From: Felis catus
Lineage: Eukaryota
Direction of reading: 5' to 3'
NCBI RefSeq assembly: GCF_018350175.1
Contig: NC_058368.1
Span: 141,112,001 to 141,176,000, forward strand
Length of the DNA stretch: 64,000 bases
The translations under genes were made by a program, and so were the position numbers. The stretch's first letter is position 1; every line of letters starts with the position of its first letter. The notes under the pieces are model-generated. The model was given only the letters and a program-made list of their open reading frames with translations, did no database searches and was not told where the DNA came from. Positions 24,264 through 37,637 of the stretch are shown piece by piece.

Positions 24264-25851
24264 TGTTGGTTTCTCACTTTTAAAAAATGCCACCATTTTT
24301 CACATTTACTTACGCAAAAACTTCTTATCTTTTACGTGGTCAATTTCATTATGAAGTCTTTTAAACTTTGCATTTTTCTTGTATTTTCTACAATACATGA
24401 TTGAAACACAGCTGTGCTGTCTCTCAGAATGGCAGAGGGTGATGTTTAAATAAATTCCTCTTTTTCTGAATAGCGCATAGATAGGTGTGAATTATTCCAA
24501 GGTGGTCACTTGTCTTCATGTCAGATTAGCCCAAGTGGAATTCAGTGTAGCATTTTTGTAGCCTACTCCTGAGAGGAAGATGCAGCATTGAAGAGGTCCA
24601 GATAGCCGCACGTCTTCCTGCAGGCAAAGCTGGGGATCATGTTGCTCCATACATTGATGAAATACGCCCCCTTGAAAGGTTTGTGGTGACCGGGTGACCT
24701 GCTTTTTCTCTGGCGTCATGTGTGTAATTCTCCTAGGTCTGAGGAAAGGGCAGATGAAGGTCTGTGTCTCGGGGTGCCTATGGAGTTGCTAGGAAATGAT
24801 TTTCAGAGTGCTTTGTGGTGATGCAGCAGGTTGAACTTTTTTGTGAAGCGTTGTCATGGAAACCAAGTGCATCATTGCCTTGTCTGACTAATTTATCTTT
24901 TAATGATAAAAAAAATGTAATCCAGGGTTAATGGATAAAAAAATAAAAAAGTGTAATGAAAAATCCAATAACTTTAAAGGGAATATTGCTGTGAGTAGCA
25001 AGTCTTTTGTATGGGAAAATTTCACTGGCAATGTAATTCACGTTGGCCAGGGCCTGGCTGTATGTAGTGACGGGAGCTCATCAGTTTGTTCTTGTGCTTG
25101 TCTTTTGAGTACAAAAACCATGATTTCACCCTGGAGCTTATTGCTGTGGAGTGTTATTACTGACCCCAGCTTCCGAGTTTAGAAGTGAGGTGGAATGCAG
25201 TACCCCAACCCTGTGATTCTCAGCAAGGTAGCCAGGGTTTTGTTCTTTGGCAGGGTCTTGTGCTGTGACAAGGGCCTGTCATAAGGAAACGGTGCTGTGG
25301 GCTTGCTCTCTCTGTGAAGCACCCACCCGGGGCAGACACTGGAGCAGAGTCTTGACGGCCCAGACTTCCTGTGGTAGTTACAAGGGCCCTTAAGGAAGAA
25401 ATATTTCCCTCTGCTGTGGATTGAAGGCAAACTTTCTAGCATTGTAGGTATGATGGATGCTGCTTGTATCTTGATCACTAGCTTATTAGGATAAACTGTC
25501 AAATGAAAGTACTTAGGAGAACTGAACCGGAAGGAGATTTTATACTGTATTTAGTAATTCATCTGCCTCCATGGAGATACAGCTTCCGGGGTTTCTTTCC
25601 TCACCCCCCAGCTGTGTGCGTGTGTGTGCACATAGTAGACTCTTAACTGCATTGAATTAAATCTGCTCATTTGTTTTAGACCTTTTAAAAATATCTTTTA
25701 TTAATATTTGCAAGTTTAATATATGTTGGAGTTTTTTTGGATTTAATGGGGAAAACTTTGACTCTAGGCATGAGTCCTAAGATTGATAATGGTAAGTGAG
25801 CCAAATGAAATCAGTATTTCATTAAGCGGCATTTAAGGCCCAAATCTGTTG

Positions 25852-25920
25852 TCATTCATTCATTCATTCATTCAGTATGTATGTATTACTGAACACCTAC
25901 TTTGTGATGGGTACTTCTGG
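25852..25920 (-). mobile_element. L2 tail with (CATT)n
   Basis: (TCAT)5 followed by TACTGAACACCTACTTTGTG. Confidence 0.6.
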
Positions 25921-26704
25921 TAAACCTGTTATATACAAAAGAACTGTTAGGAGCCAGGAGGTACCTTTAAAGAGTTAAAGACCAAGGCTGGCTAGAGCCC
26001 TAGGCCGTCCAGAAGGGCCACAACCAGGAGAATGCCATCTTGTAACCATATCATTAGGATCCCTTGCCGAGGTCCGTGTGTTCCTGTGAAGTGCTTCTTA
26101 TAACTTCGGCTGTTTGCCCTGTTGTAGAGTTGGAATGCATTCTTGGTGACAACATGGTACACATGCTTTTCGTTTCTGAATGACCGTCCAGTATTGACAT
26201 TGTGTTTGGAGTGCCACCTTTGTTGGTAAAATGCCCCCCAGAAACTAGCCGTGAAGGGACTTGGTGGCTCTCGACTCCATTCCCCAGTGTGTTGTTTTCT
26301 GCTTTGATCCAGCTGCTTCTACCCCCATGCTGACCTCAGGGTGGGAGTGGGGGCCTCCTCCCTACCTGAGTCGTCTGACTAACCCATCCACCGAGAGGTC
26401 CTGTCTGTGCTTCCCTGGAGCAGAGATGAGACAAGACTGTCTCATGTTCAGGAGGACTTGACTGAAGACTCAGGGATGACAGAAGAGAAGAAGCAGGGAG
26501 ACCACTCAAAAGCTGGGCGCTCTGATTTGCCCTCAGGTGCTGGCAGCTCTTGTCCAGTCTCTCAGAGACCTCAGTGTGACCTTCCTTACCCAGTGCTTCT
26601 TCACAGCAGTTTGAGCTTTATCCTTTTTCCTCCAGAGGTCCTGCTCAAGATTCCTAGACCTAAGTCCAGACACGTGAGGCTAAGACTGTCCCAGGATATA
26701 TGCC

Positions 26705-26850
26705 ATCTTTGAGAATAAGTGTCATTGCTTAGGCTGTTTTCTCATCTCTTTCGTGGGGTGAGAGTAATCCCTGTTTCCTGTGGGTGAGAATCAGACGGGA
26801 GCATACGTGCCCAATGCACCAGAGTGCCTGACACCTGGTGAATGTGTGTG
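26705..26850 (+). mobile_element. MIR fragment
   Basis: TGTTTTCTCATCT...GTGAGAATCAGA...AGAGTGCCTGACAC. Confidence 0.55.
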
Positions 26851-27735
26851 ATCGTTACATCATTGGAAAGACCTCCCTTGTAGTCACCTCACCACCCATC
26901 TCTGAGGACCATCCTTAGTCTGCCTGGCCTCAGCATAACTACAACAGCCTTTATCCCATAGATGAACCCTAAAGAAGCTAGCACCTATCATGTACCTCAC
27001 ACCGTAGCTACTCCAGGGCCCCTCTTGTATCACAGAGTAAACCCGTGGCCCTACCTTCTTAATAGTATCTGTCTATATGTTGTGATGTGTGTGTGTGCGT
27101 GTGCACATGTGAACTCCAAGTTGGGGCATAGACTAACACTTGGCTATAGTCCTTGATTTTTGGGTGTGTTATTAAACTGAAGAAGTATTCAGAGTAGCTT
27201 TTGCTAGAAACTGTCCAGCATTTTACCCCCATTTCTCATGTGTACCTTAGTGCTTGGCCTGCCAGTATGGGAATAAGTTTCTCTGGGCCATGCTCATGTT
27301 CTCCCTGTTGGGGACTCACTCTCTTAGAGATCAAGGACCAAGGGACTGCATACAGTACCTTCGTTCATGCCGTCAGTTCTTCAGCAAGTGAGATCACTGA
27401 GTGCCTATTGTGTCCTCGGCCCAGGGAATACAAATGAGGTCCTTACTCTTATGCAACTTAGGCTGTAATTCATTCACCATTTTCATCCATTCATTAAACA
27501 CATCTTGAAATTGTGTTTATCTGCTTATTGAAAAGAAATGTTTCCTTCTTATCCTTTTTTTTCCACTTAGACTTTCATTTATTTCTTGAGCACATACTGA
27601 TTGGGGACCTAATACGTGTCAGATAATGTTCAAGATAATTATAGCAGTAAAAAAAGGACAAAAGTTCCTGTCGTCTTAGAGCTAACATTCTAGTTGGGGA
27701 GACTACCAATAAAAAAATAAGTAAAACATAAATAT

Positions 27736-28104
27736 TGCCATGGACTGAATATTTGTGCCCCTCTCATTCATACGTTTAGATCATAACCCCCAGGGATGGT
27801 ATTAGGACATAGAGCTTTTGGTTGGTTGATGAGGTCATGTGCTAGAGCCCTTATGAAAGAAATTAGTGTCCTAATCAAAGAGACCCCAGAGGGTTTCTTC
27901 ACCTTTTTTTTTTTTTTTCCATATGAGGACACAATGAGAAGTCCACAGTCTGCAACCTGGAGGGGGGCTGTCATCAGAGCCAGACCATGCTGGCACCCTG
28001 CCCCAGGACTTCGAGCGTCTAGAACTGGGAGAAATAAATGTCTGTTATTTAGAAGCCACCCAGTCTATGGGACTTCAGTATAGCATCCTGAACTGACTAA
28101 GACA
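27736..28104 (+). mobile_element. MLT1A0-like solo LTR
   Basis: TGCCATGGACTGAAT...GACTAAGACA termini; 5-bp TSD AATA(T/C). Confidence 0.9.
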
Positions 28105-28189
28105 AATACGTCAGTGATGGGTGTAAGGGAGGGAAACAATTTAGGGAAGGGGAGAAGAAATGACCTTATAAAATAGCTGGCACTTAACA

Positions 28190-28360
28190 TCAGGTTTCAT
28201 CAATGTTAAAATGGACTTTTTTCAAAAAACATTTTTACAGCTCTAAATTTGGGATGCGGCTTATAACTGACAGTATCTGCTACTTGAATTGACACCATTT
28301 CATTAGTGGCGGGTAAAATAATGGTGTGTCTCATAATGCGTTGTGTCTGAATAAATATGA
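28190..28360. mobile_element. MER104-like TcMar fragment
   Basis: GGGATGCGGCTTATAA...TAAAATAATGGTGTGTCTCATAAT. Confidence 0.55.
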
Positions 28361-28364
28361 CAGC

Positions 28365-28830
28365 CCTCACCATATACCAGGCACTGTTCTAAACAGCGTA
28401 ATTGCTTAGCTAACTCATCGCATCCTCACAACCTTATTACGTTGCTACTGCCGTTCTTCTTTTATTTATTTTTTATTTAATTTTATTTTTAATTTTTTAA
28501 ATGTTATTTATTTTTGAGAGAGAGAGAGAGAGAGAGAGCATGAGCAGGGGAGGGACAGAGAGACAAGGAGACACAGAATCTGAAGCAGGCTTCAGGCTCT
28601 GAGCCCTCAGCACTCAGCCCAGGGCAGGGCTCCAACACATGAACCACAAGATCATGACCTGAGCTGAAGTCAGATGCTTAACCAACTGAGCCAGCCAGGT
28701 GCCCCATTATTATTCTTGCTTAAAGATGAAGAAGCTGAGACCCAGAGAGATTAAGTAATTTACTTAAAGTCACACCACCGGAAAGTGGCAAAGTCAGGAT
28801 TGGAACCCTGTGGAGTCTAGGCTCTAAACT
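28365..28830 (-). mobile_element. MIR split by a SINE
   Basis: CCAGGCACTGTTCTAA...ATCCTCACAACC // AGATGAAGAAGCTGAGACCCAGAGAGATTAAGTAA. Confidence 0.8.
28461..28705 (-). mobile_element. SINEC_Fc
   Basis: Tail, (GA)n, head GCCAGCCAGGTGCCCC. Confidence 0.95.
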
Positions 28831-29374
28831 GCTGTAATGTATTGTCAGAGAGGGTCTACCAGAAAGGTGACTTTTGAGATACAGCTTGAAAGAGGAGGGG
28901 GAGAGAGCCACATGGATACCTCGAGGAAGAGTATCTTAGACAGAGGGAGACCCTGAGTCTGGAATATGTTTGCGTTTTGAGAACCACAAGCAGACCTGTA
29001 TTTGTGGAGTGAAACGTGACGGAGGGGGAAGGGAGGTTGGAGAGGTGAAGGGTGGGCACATCATGTGTCAGCTTAGTTTGTCTGTAAGGACTCTGATGTT
29101 TGCTTCAAACCAGATAGGAGCCACTGGAGAGTTCAGACCAGAAGAGTGATTTATTTTACTTGGATTGTTTTGCCTGCTGCATTGAGAATAGTCTGAAAGA
29201 GACAAGTTAGGAGCCGCTTGGAATAATTCAGGAGAGAACTGTCAGTGGCTTAGTTGACAACACTGGTGGCAAAGGTAGTAAGAAGTACTCAAATTCCAAA
29301 TATATTTTGAAGACATGGGTGACATATTTTCTGATGGATTATATGTGGGAGCATGAGATGGTGATGATGATCTT

Positions 29375-29620
29375 AAAAATAATAGCCAATGTTTACATAT
29401 GCTCACTAAATACTTTACACATACTAGGTCAATTAATTCCTGTAACAAATCCAGGGTGAAGGAAGTACCATTATTATCCTCATCCCATAGATGAGGATAC
29501 TGAGCTGCTGAAAGTTTAGGCAAATTTGTGCAGTGTCACAGATTAGTTAGTGATGAAAATAGGATTCTAATCTAGGTGGTCTGGATTCCAGAGTTTACTT
29601 TTGATTACTACATTTTATTG
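29375..29620 (-). mobile_element. MIR within L2
   Basis: ATTATCCTCATCCCATAGATGAGGATACTGAG core. Confidence 0.75.
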
Positions 29621-30334
29621 CCTCTATACTGAGAAAAAGAGTGAACCAAAGTTTTTTGCCTTGAGTAATTGAAAATCACTGAGGTGGGGATTAGTACTTT
29701 TTAAAAAAGAGGTGATAATAGCTAGACCAGTTTTGAATATGTTAAATTGGAGTTCCTTTATGGACCCTATCTCTGTGGAGATACTGCTCTGACATTGGGA
29801 TGTATAGGTTTGGAGTTCAGGGGCAAAGTCCTACCTATTACTCTCATAAATTTGAGAGTAATCACTATATAGATGACACTTAAAACTATGAGCTGGGATG
29901 GAGTCACTAAAGGAGTGAGTGTGGATAGAAAGAAGAGATACAAGACTATGTCCTGAAGCACCCAGCATTTAGAGATTGGGTTGATGAGGAGAAAGCCAGT
30001 GCCTGAGAATCAGTGACCACTGGGTAGGAGGAAGAGAGTATGGTGACTCGAAAGCCAAGTGACAAGTAATGTTGCAAAGAATAAGTGATCAGTCATGTTG
30101 TATGTTGCTAATAGATCAAGTAAGATGAGGACCAATATTGGATCACGGGATTTAATGACATGGAAGTCATTGCTGAACTTGACCAGAACAGTGTCAGCAC
30201 AGTGGTGGAGGCAGAAATCTGCTTAGAGTGGTTGAAAGAGAGAATAAATCAGAGAACTTGGAGACAGCAACATTAGAAAATTACTTGAGCAGTTTTTCTG
30301 TAAAGGAAAGGAAAGAAATGGGATGATATCTGTC

Positions 30335-31990
30335 GGGCACATGTTCTATAAATGTCAGTTACGGTCAGCTGTTTGATGGTGTTCAGTTCTTCCACATCCT
30401 AGTTGATTTTCTGTGTAGTAGTAGTTTGCTAAGCTTCTTGAATATGTAGGTTTCACCAGAATTAACTAAAATTGGGAAGATTTCAGGTATTATTTCTTCA
30501 AATACTTTTTCTCCTCTCCTTTCAGACACGAGGGACGTAACGTCGGACCTTTTGTTACAGTTCGGTGTGTCATCGGACTGTTCATTTTTTATCAGTTTTT
30601 TTCTCTCTGCTGTTCAGATTGGATAACTTGTATTTATCTATCTTTACATTCACCAGCTGTTTGCTTTATGTCCATCTAATATTGAACCTATATAGTTTTT
30701 CACTTTGGTTATTCTAGCTTTCACTTTGACAATTTGTATTTGGTTCTTCATTATATCTCCTGTTCTTTGCTGAAAGTTTGTAGCTTTCTCTTTGTTTCAA
30801 GTGTTAACCCTTTGGGGACCATATTTATAATAGTTGATTTAAAGTCTTTGTTAGATAATTCTAGCACCTTTGTCATCTTAATATTGGCATCTCTTGATTA
30901 TTTTTTCCCATGCACGTTGTCACTTTCCCGGTTCTGATGTCTAGGAATTTTGGATTGTGCTATGAGACTTCATATCTTGATAAATCACGTGATAAATCAT
31001 GATATTTTTGCTTGAGCAGGGAATCAACTCAGTTTGGTTCAAGCTACAAATTCCTGTTAGCCTTCTTTGGGCCGTGGTTTCCGTATGAGGTCCATTTTCA
31101 AAGACTTTACAGTGCTCTTTGAGCAGTCTGGTGTGGATGCCACCCAGTGGCCAGTCTGTGACCTGGGAGGGGATCTATTTCATAATTTACTTTTCAAAGT
31201 CTTTGGTATGCTATTTAGCATGAGATCCATGTGTCTGCAACTTGGAGGTGACCTCAGAACTACAGAAACAGCTTTATGGTTTTGCTTTTCCAAGCTCTTC
31301 CTTCTTTGCAATCTCTTGGTATTTTGTTTTTATTTTTTTTAGCTCTCTAGGGCTCCCATTCTTGGTCCTCTGGCCAGAAAGCTGGACCTCTCTTTATTTC
31401 ACTTTGCTGCACTCTTTGTCTCACTTGTCTTGACTGTGGCCACATTTGCAGCAAAGCGATGAGAAGATGGAGTGAGCAAAAAGAGGAACGGTAACACCCT
31501 CTCCAGAACACAGCGTCCCTAATTAGAGAAAAAGTTTCCTTTCTTTAGAGTTTTAGTCTCCTGTGGACTCCTGCTGCTGCGTTCACAGGGTAGCTTGAAG
31601 GCTGGGATGTGAGAGAATGGAGAAAGATTTTTTTTTAAAAAATGGAAATTCTCTCCCCAACTCTCCTGAAAGTGTTAGGAAACCCCTTTCCCATTCCTTG
31701 AGCCAGAACTAGAGCTTCTTCTGGAGTTTATTTTGAGAGCACTAATGGTTTTCACAGCGCACTGAATACAGGCCAAGGGATACCAGTGAGGAAAAAATGA
31801 TCAGCTCACCAGTAGTTTGATGATACTTTGAGTTCTGGTTGTCTTCTCCAATCTACCTGCTACTGTTTACTTTTCAGGGTTCTCAAATAACTGTTCCATG
31901 CAGTCTGTTGCAAACCTGTTCCAGGTTTTATAATTGCCCTAGGTTGGAGAGTCAAAATGAAGTGTGTTCACTCCATCTTAACCAGAACCT
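30335..31990 (-). mobile_element. Old L1 5' region (L1M4/L1MD/ME-like)
   Basis: TTGGGAAGATTTCAGGTATTATTTCTTCAAATA; terminus ACTCCATCTTAACCAGAAC. Confidence 0.7.
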
Positions 31991-32344
31991 CTGGCTGTTT
32001 TATATGCATGTGTCATGCATGAGTTTGGTGTGGGATCAAGTCAAGGAAGGATTTGAACCATAAAAAAGTTCTGGTGCTGTTTGTGGTGATGGTGAAGAAG
32101 GTGGTGCATTCTTGCTGCCGTTTTTTCTAGAGCTACAGTAGCTCTGTTTAAAGGATAACTTTGGAGCCTTTAAATGGAAAATCTGAAATGCAGGTTGGCC
32201 AGACACTTGCGGTTTCTTCAGCAAATCAATGTAGCTTTCTTATTTCTCCAGAGAAATAATCAAATGGCTAATGAGAACTTTGCTGTAAGAACACATGAAT
32301 CCCATGAGAGTGTCAGGGAAGGTGGTTGGGAACTGGCCTTGCTA

Positions 32345-32548
32345 TTTGGCATACTTGATTTCCAGTCTTGGCGTCCTCGCCTAGTGACTGTGTGATCTTG
32401 GTCAAGCTACCAAATGTCCCTAATCCCCCTTTCTTTTTGGGCAAATGGATAATAATCATTGTGCTTCCATGGCACACCTGTGTGGTTCAGTGAGGTAATG
32501 TAGGTAATGTTCTTCATATGCTGCTTAATAAATATTAGTAGTTATTCT
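32345..32548 (+). mobile_element. MIR
   Basis: CTGTGTGATCTTGGTCAAG...CTTAATAAATATTAG. Confidence 0.6.
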
Positions 32549-33231
32549 TACTGTGATGGTTTTGTGACCTATATGATTATGCCTATTTACTGCCTTGGTT
32601 CTGTCTTGAGATTCGAGAGCAATAGGCTTTCAACTATACTTCTGAGCATGAAAGTATTTGAATAAACATTTGAATGTTGTTGTGAGTTACTTTCAGTACT
32701 TACTGAAGAACAGCCATGGCGTGTATGTGGTAGAGTTATGGTAACCATGTCACCCTACCTTCTGGATGTTTCCTCCAAGAGCTGCCCCTCCAACGGTGGT
32801 GTATTAGTGAGTGCCCCGGAAAAAGACTTCTTTTCAAGGGCTGCTATTTCCTCTGTTGATTGTAGTTTTTGTTTGCAGCTGTCTTACTCTTGTCTTGTTC
32901 ATCCTCCATTTTTACATTTAAAAAAATCACTATGTTTTTACTGAAATGAATAACACTTTGATCACTTCCCAGGAAGTTTTGCAAACATATTTATCAAAAT
33001 GCTGCTTGGTTGTAATTATATATTATTCAAAAGTCTTCTTAAATATTTTATTCTTCCATATTTGGAAGTCTGAATTTGAAAGGCAAAATATTTTTATTTT
33101 GTAAAAATGCAAATCAGGAAGCTCTTGGAGGTAATAATTATTATTTTTCTTTATTCCTTTTTACATGCTTATTGGTCTTTTGCATGAAATGGGTACTAAA
33201 TAATTGCTTAGTTAATTGAAATTCAAATACT

Positions 33232-33445
33232 TTTTTAAACATTTTTTTTCACATTTATTCATTTTTGAGAGACAGAGTGTGAGTGGGGGAAGGGCAGAGA
33301 GAGAGGGAGAGACAGAATCCAAAGCAGGGTCCAGGCTCTGAGCTGTCAGCACAGAGCCTGGTCACAGGGCTCGAACTCAAAAACCGTGAGATCATGACCC
33401 GAGCCGAAGTCGGACACTTAACTGACTGAGCCACCCAAGTGCCCC
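33232..33445 (-). mobile_element. SINEC_Fc
   Basis: Full-length; TSD GAAATTCA(A/G)AT(A/G)CTT. Confidence 0.96.
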
Positions 33446-35236
33446 GAAATTCAGATGCTTGTGAATAATTGAAATGTGGGCATAACATTTTTAAATGAAT
33501 ATTTTACTAGAAATGATCTTAACTAGCCCCCAGTGATGGAGATGTTGGTATTGGATTATTTGGCCAATGACAAGGCCGAAGTACACTAGGTTATTTATAC
33601 ATGAGTAGAATCCGGCCTACATGTCATCTTGTGAGCGCCAGTTTTAATTAAAATTCAAATTGCCCTTCTGAAAAATGCTCTGTTAAATGACTAAAACAAA
33701 AAGCACAAAATGGTTTCATTTTAACTTCAGTGCTGTCACTGGAGAGTTTGTTGAAATGGAAGAATCACAGAAGAAGTACTGGTGAAGGAAGCAAAACCCC
33801 TGAAACTTGGCTGCACGCGGGTAGACTGATGTCCGAGTGCTGCATTGTGTTGTCCTGCCTGAGGACCGTCCCCCCTCCCCCGAAGAGACACTGTGTTCCC
33901 ATGGGATAATGGACCCGTAGCAGCAATACCTAAACATGCTTAACATGCCACCCAAGTAGAAGAGCATTCTGGAGAGACAAGCCTAGGCTATTACAAGAAA
34001 GAGAGTTCTGAACGGGAACGTGTTTGACCGCACCCAAGACCCTAGCAGAAGATCTGAAGCTGGAGGAGCCTGTGTGTGTTACAGAGACAGGTGGAAAGTT
34101 TCTAAATCACACAGGGATAAGAGGTGGGTCTGTTTTCATTGAAAGTGGGAATTTTAATTTCAGGAATATGGGATGTCATTTCCCACACTAAAGGTATCTA
34201 GTAAAGGAGAGAAAACATTGGCACAGACCCTTTAATTACAGAGAGAATTAGAGAAAAGAGAGGTGACCAGATATCATTAGCAAAGGTGTCTAAGGAGAAG
34301 ATAACAGATATTAGCTAAGCATATTTCATCTACATCAGCAAGTTTTAAAGTGTGTTTCAAAGATTACTAGTTATGGAGGCTATCAGACAAAAACAAAAAT
34401 AGTGAGGGGTCCAGAGCTGTCTGGAATTAAGCCATTTTTAAATATTAAAAGAAGCTAGATCCATTCCTAATCTAGCAAGATAATACGTGTGTATGATTTG
34501 GAGATCTAGTTTATCATGCTTAGATTTTACTAGTGAGACTAAAGGAAAGATAACCCCTCTGTTACACATTTTCTACTAAAATATCAGTCAAATTGACACC
34601 AAAGAATCTCAGTGCTTTGTAACTTTTCGAGGACATTAGGTGCAAAACATTAGGTTCTTTTAGGAGGCATGTGGGTAACATCCTCCTCCTCTGTCCTCCT
34701 CTTCATCTTCATCATCACCACCAACAGCTACTTCTTGAGCATGCACAGTCTCTCTGCAGATAAAGAACTCAAGGCCTGTCCTTTTGCAACCTGGAGCTCA
34801 GACAATAGAGTGAGGTGGTCATGCTGGGGCCTCCCATACCTGCCGCATTTCTGCGTTCTCTTTGGTCTTCATCCCATGAGGCAGGCTGTCTGTGCGCTTA
34901 CCGTCCTGTTTACACAATCTCATTTGGTCTTCCCAGCAGCCCCAGGAGGTGGATACTGTGTATTTTGTATCACTCCTTCTGTCTCCCGGTCACCTTTCTT
35001 TTCTTTTCCCCCCAACTGGTTATAATGTAAAAACAGGAATGTATTTCAGGTCCTTTGATGGATTTGTTGCACTGCATGCTTGATCTGCTTATCTACCTTG
35101 TTGATTTGGAGATAACTGAGTGCCTCTGTGAGGGGCAGGGCCCATGGCAGTTAGTGCCCCCCCCCCCCCCCCCCCCAGCCACCCGAGGTCAGGGGTGGGG
35201 AAACAAAGGCAGAGCCATACTTAGTTGTGTCCACTG

Positions 35237-35576
35237 CAGGGATCTGCAGGCTTTGGCCAAGGACCAAATTTGATTTGCCACCTGTCTTTGTACGGCTTAT
35301 AGCTTTAAGAAAGGCTTCTACGTTTTTTAAATAGTGGGGAAAAAAGTAGAAGAAGAACATTTTTGTGACAGGTGAAAATTATATTGAATTCAAATTTCAG
35401 TGAACATAAATAATGTTTTATTGAAACAGAGCCGTGCTCATTCATTTCTGTATTGTCTGCGGCTGATTTCACACTACAGTAGCTGAGTGGAGTTGTTGTG
35501 ACAGAGACCAAGTGACCCACAAAACCAGAAATATGTACTATTTGGCCATTTACAGAAAAATGTAGCCAGCCCATGG
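35237..35576. mobile_element. MER58B (hAT-Charlie)
   Basis: CAGGG...AATTCAAATTTCAGTG...TTTTATTGAAACAG...TTTGGCCATTTACAGAAAAA. Confidence 0.85.
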
Positions 35577-35664
35577 TCTACTGGAGGAGGCTCGAGAACT
35601 GTGAGCTTCTTGAGGATGGTTACTGAACTTCATTAAGGAGAGGGAGGCAGCCAATAATATGATG

Positions 35665-35895
35665 TACTTCCTGGTAAGAGCTTCTCAGACTCTGGGTTTA
35701 TTTCTACTCTCCTGATTACCACCTGTGTGACTTTAGGCAAATTACTTAACCTGTCTGTGCCTTCATTTCTGTATCTATAAAATGGGGATAACAGTAGTTC
35801 CCACCTCATTGGTTGTTACAAGGGTTATGTTTATATGTAAAGCAAGTAAACAGTGCTTCACATATAAATAGAATGCACAAATCAGGTAGTTAATG
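35665..35895 (+). mobile_element. MIR
   Basis: TGTGTGACTTTAGGCAAATTACTTAACCTGTCTGTGCC...TAAAATGGGGATAA. Confidence 0.85.
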
Positions 35896-36797
35896 TTCGT
35901 CCTTGGGCATGGATATTTCTCCAGGCCAGGTACAGTAGGGTCCTAGTAGCACTCAAAACTTGGCTTTTGTGGGTAGCACCTCACCCTCAGAATGCTAAGA
36001 CCTCTGGCTTCCTGAGACTCTCTGTCCCCAGCACAGGGACATATAGGCATGCATTTCCCTTCTTTCTCCTGGGCCATCAGTTCCCTACCTCAGCCTCTTC
36101 ACAGGGCTCTTGCCTCTCTTCCAGGGCTCGACTCAGGAGCCACCGTTCTGGCACTGCAGTTGTGCCGGGGCCCTCAGGGTCCCAAACGTGGGTGGCATCA
36201 TTCTCACATGGGCCTCCTTCCATGTCCTGTCACGGCGACTGCATTCCCAGCGGCATATGGGGCCACAGACATGGCTCTTAGGTCAGTGGGGAGGTAGAGC
36301 CATGCTCTGAATTCAATACCTCTTTTGTGGAGCACGTAGCACATGCCAGGCTTTGGGCTGGGGGTTCTGCTCGTATCATTAATGCTTAGAAAATCCCTGC
36401 AGAGTTGTCCTGTATATCTGGGGGAGTCCCTCTCCTGGTACCGGGTAAAATGTGTTCCTGTCCCTCCCTGGGGGCCCGCGTTCTGGAAAGATTTGGTTTC
36501 TCTCAAGAAGGTTCCCCTGCTCCCATAACATGCTCTCCAGAACCCACGCAAGGAAGTCTGAGGTTACAAGTAGGCAGACAGAGAAAGAGCCGAAGCATGG
36601 TGTTGGTTTGTGTGAACAGCACATGTAGGTCATACCTGCTTTTCTCCCGGTACATCTGAGAAGACAGAGGTGCAGAGAGGTTCAGTGGTATTCCCAAAGT
36701 TGCAGATAGTCCCTTGCTGGGCTTCCAGAGCCAGCTCTGACCCTGAAACAAAAGGCAGTAATGGAAAGTGAAGGCGCAATAAGCTTTGGCCAGACTT

Positions 36798-36902
36798 CCA
36801 GCTCCATGAGGGCAGAGATCATTGCCTGTTTTACTCACGACTGGATCCCGACAGCCTAGAACAGTACCAGGCTTGTGGTCAGTTCCCAGTGAGTGTTGGT
36901 TG
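36798..36902 (+). mobile_element. L2 3' end
   Basis: AGCTCCATGAGGGCAGAGA...GCCTAGAACAGTACC. Confidence 0.7.
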
Positions 36903-37276
36903 GCCAAGGTGCATAGGAACCAGGAGCTCCCTATCTGGACGGCGAACGAGGGATGAGCGCGGCTGTACATCGAGTGGTATGCTCTGTATCTTCAAGGAGT
37001 ACATGGAAACCCCAAATCGAATTCACTTATTCAATAGCTTCAATTTATTGCTCATCCACAACACAGTCATTGGCCCTGAGTGACAAGACCTTCCTCACCC
37101 CAGTGTACATCATCGCTGCAAGAAAGGATTCCACGTGCACCTACTACAATGAAACAACTGTGTTCAGGCCACACAGACAGTATGTGAGATGCGCTTGCAG
37201 AATCTCGTTTATCTGTGGGGGGAAGGGAGATCTAGTTATGCCAGAAAATGTCTGGAGATTGACACACCAAAGATGG

Positions 37277-37637
37277 TACTGTGGATTAAATTATGTCCTC
37301 CCAAAGTTCCTGTGTTGAAACCCTACCCGCCCCCCACCATGCCTTGAAGGTGGGGCCTTTATGGAGGTGATTAAGGTTAAATGAGGCCGTAAAAGTGGAG
37401 TCCTGATCCAGTAGGATTAGTCTTCTTATGAGACATCAGGGAGCTCACTCTTCTGTCGGCCATGTGAGGACACAATGAGAAGGCCCCACCCAAGCCAGCA
37501 GGAGGATTCTCATCAGAAACCAAATATGCTGGCACTTTGACCTTGCACTTTCCAGCCTCCAGAACTGCAAGACAAATTTCTGTTTCTGGAGATCCCAATC
37601 TGTGGTTTTTGTTAGGCAGCCTGGGCTGACTAATGCA
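37277..37637 (+). mobile_element. MLT1A/B-like solo LTR
   Basis: TGTGGATTAAATTATGTCC...GGTGATTAAGGTTAAATGAGG...TTCCAGCCTCCAGAACTG...GACTAATGCA. Confidence 0.9.

Larger units (their letters stand above)
27570..30330 (-). mobile_element. Long L2 hosting nested MLT1A, MER104, MIR and SINE insertions
   Basis: L2 tail at about 27575; colinear L2 body 28830-30330 (GGAGTTCAGGGG...AAGCCAAGTG...GTCATTGCTGAACTTGAC). Confidence 0.75.

Noticed and set aside
35157-35176. Poly-C run (also near 51525-51539)
   Set aside because: Simple homopolymers, error-prone in assembly; no further structure
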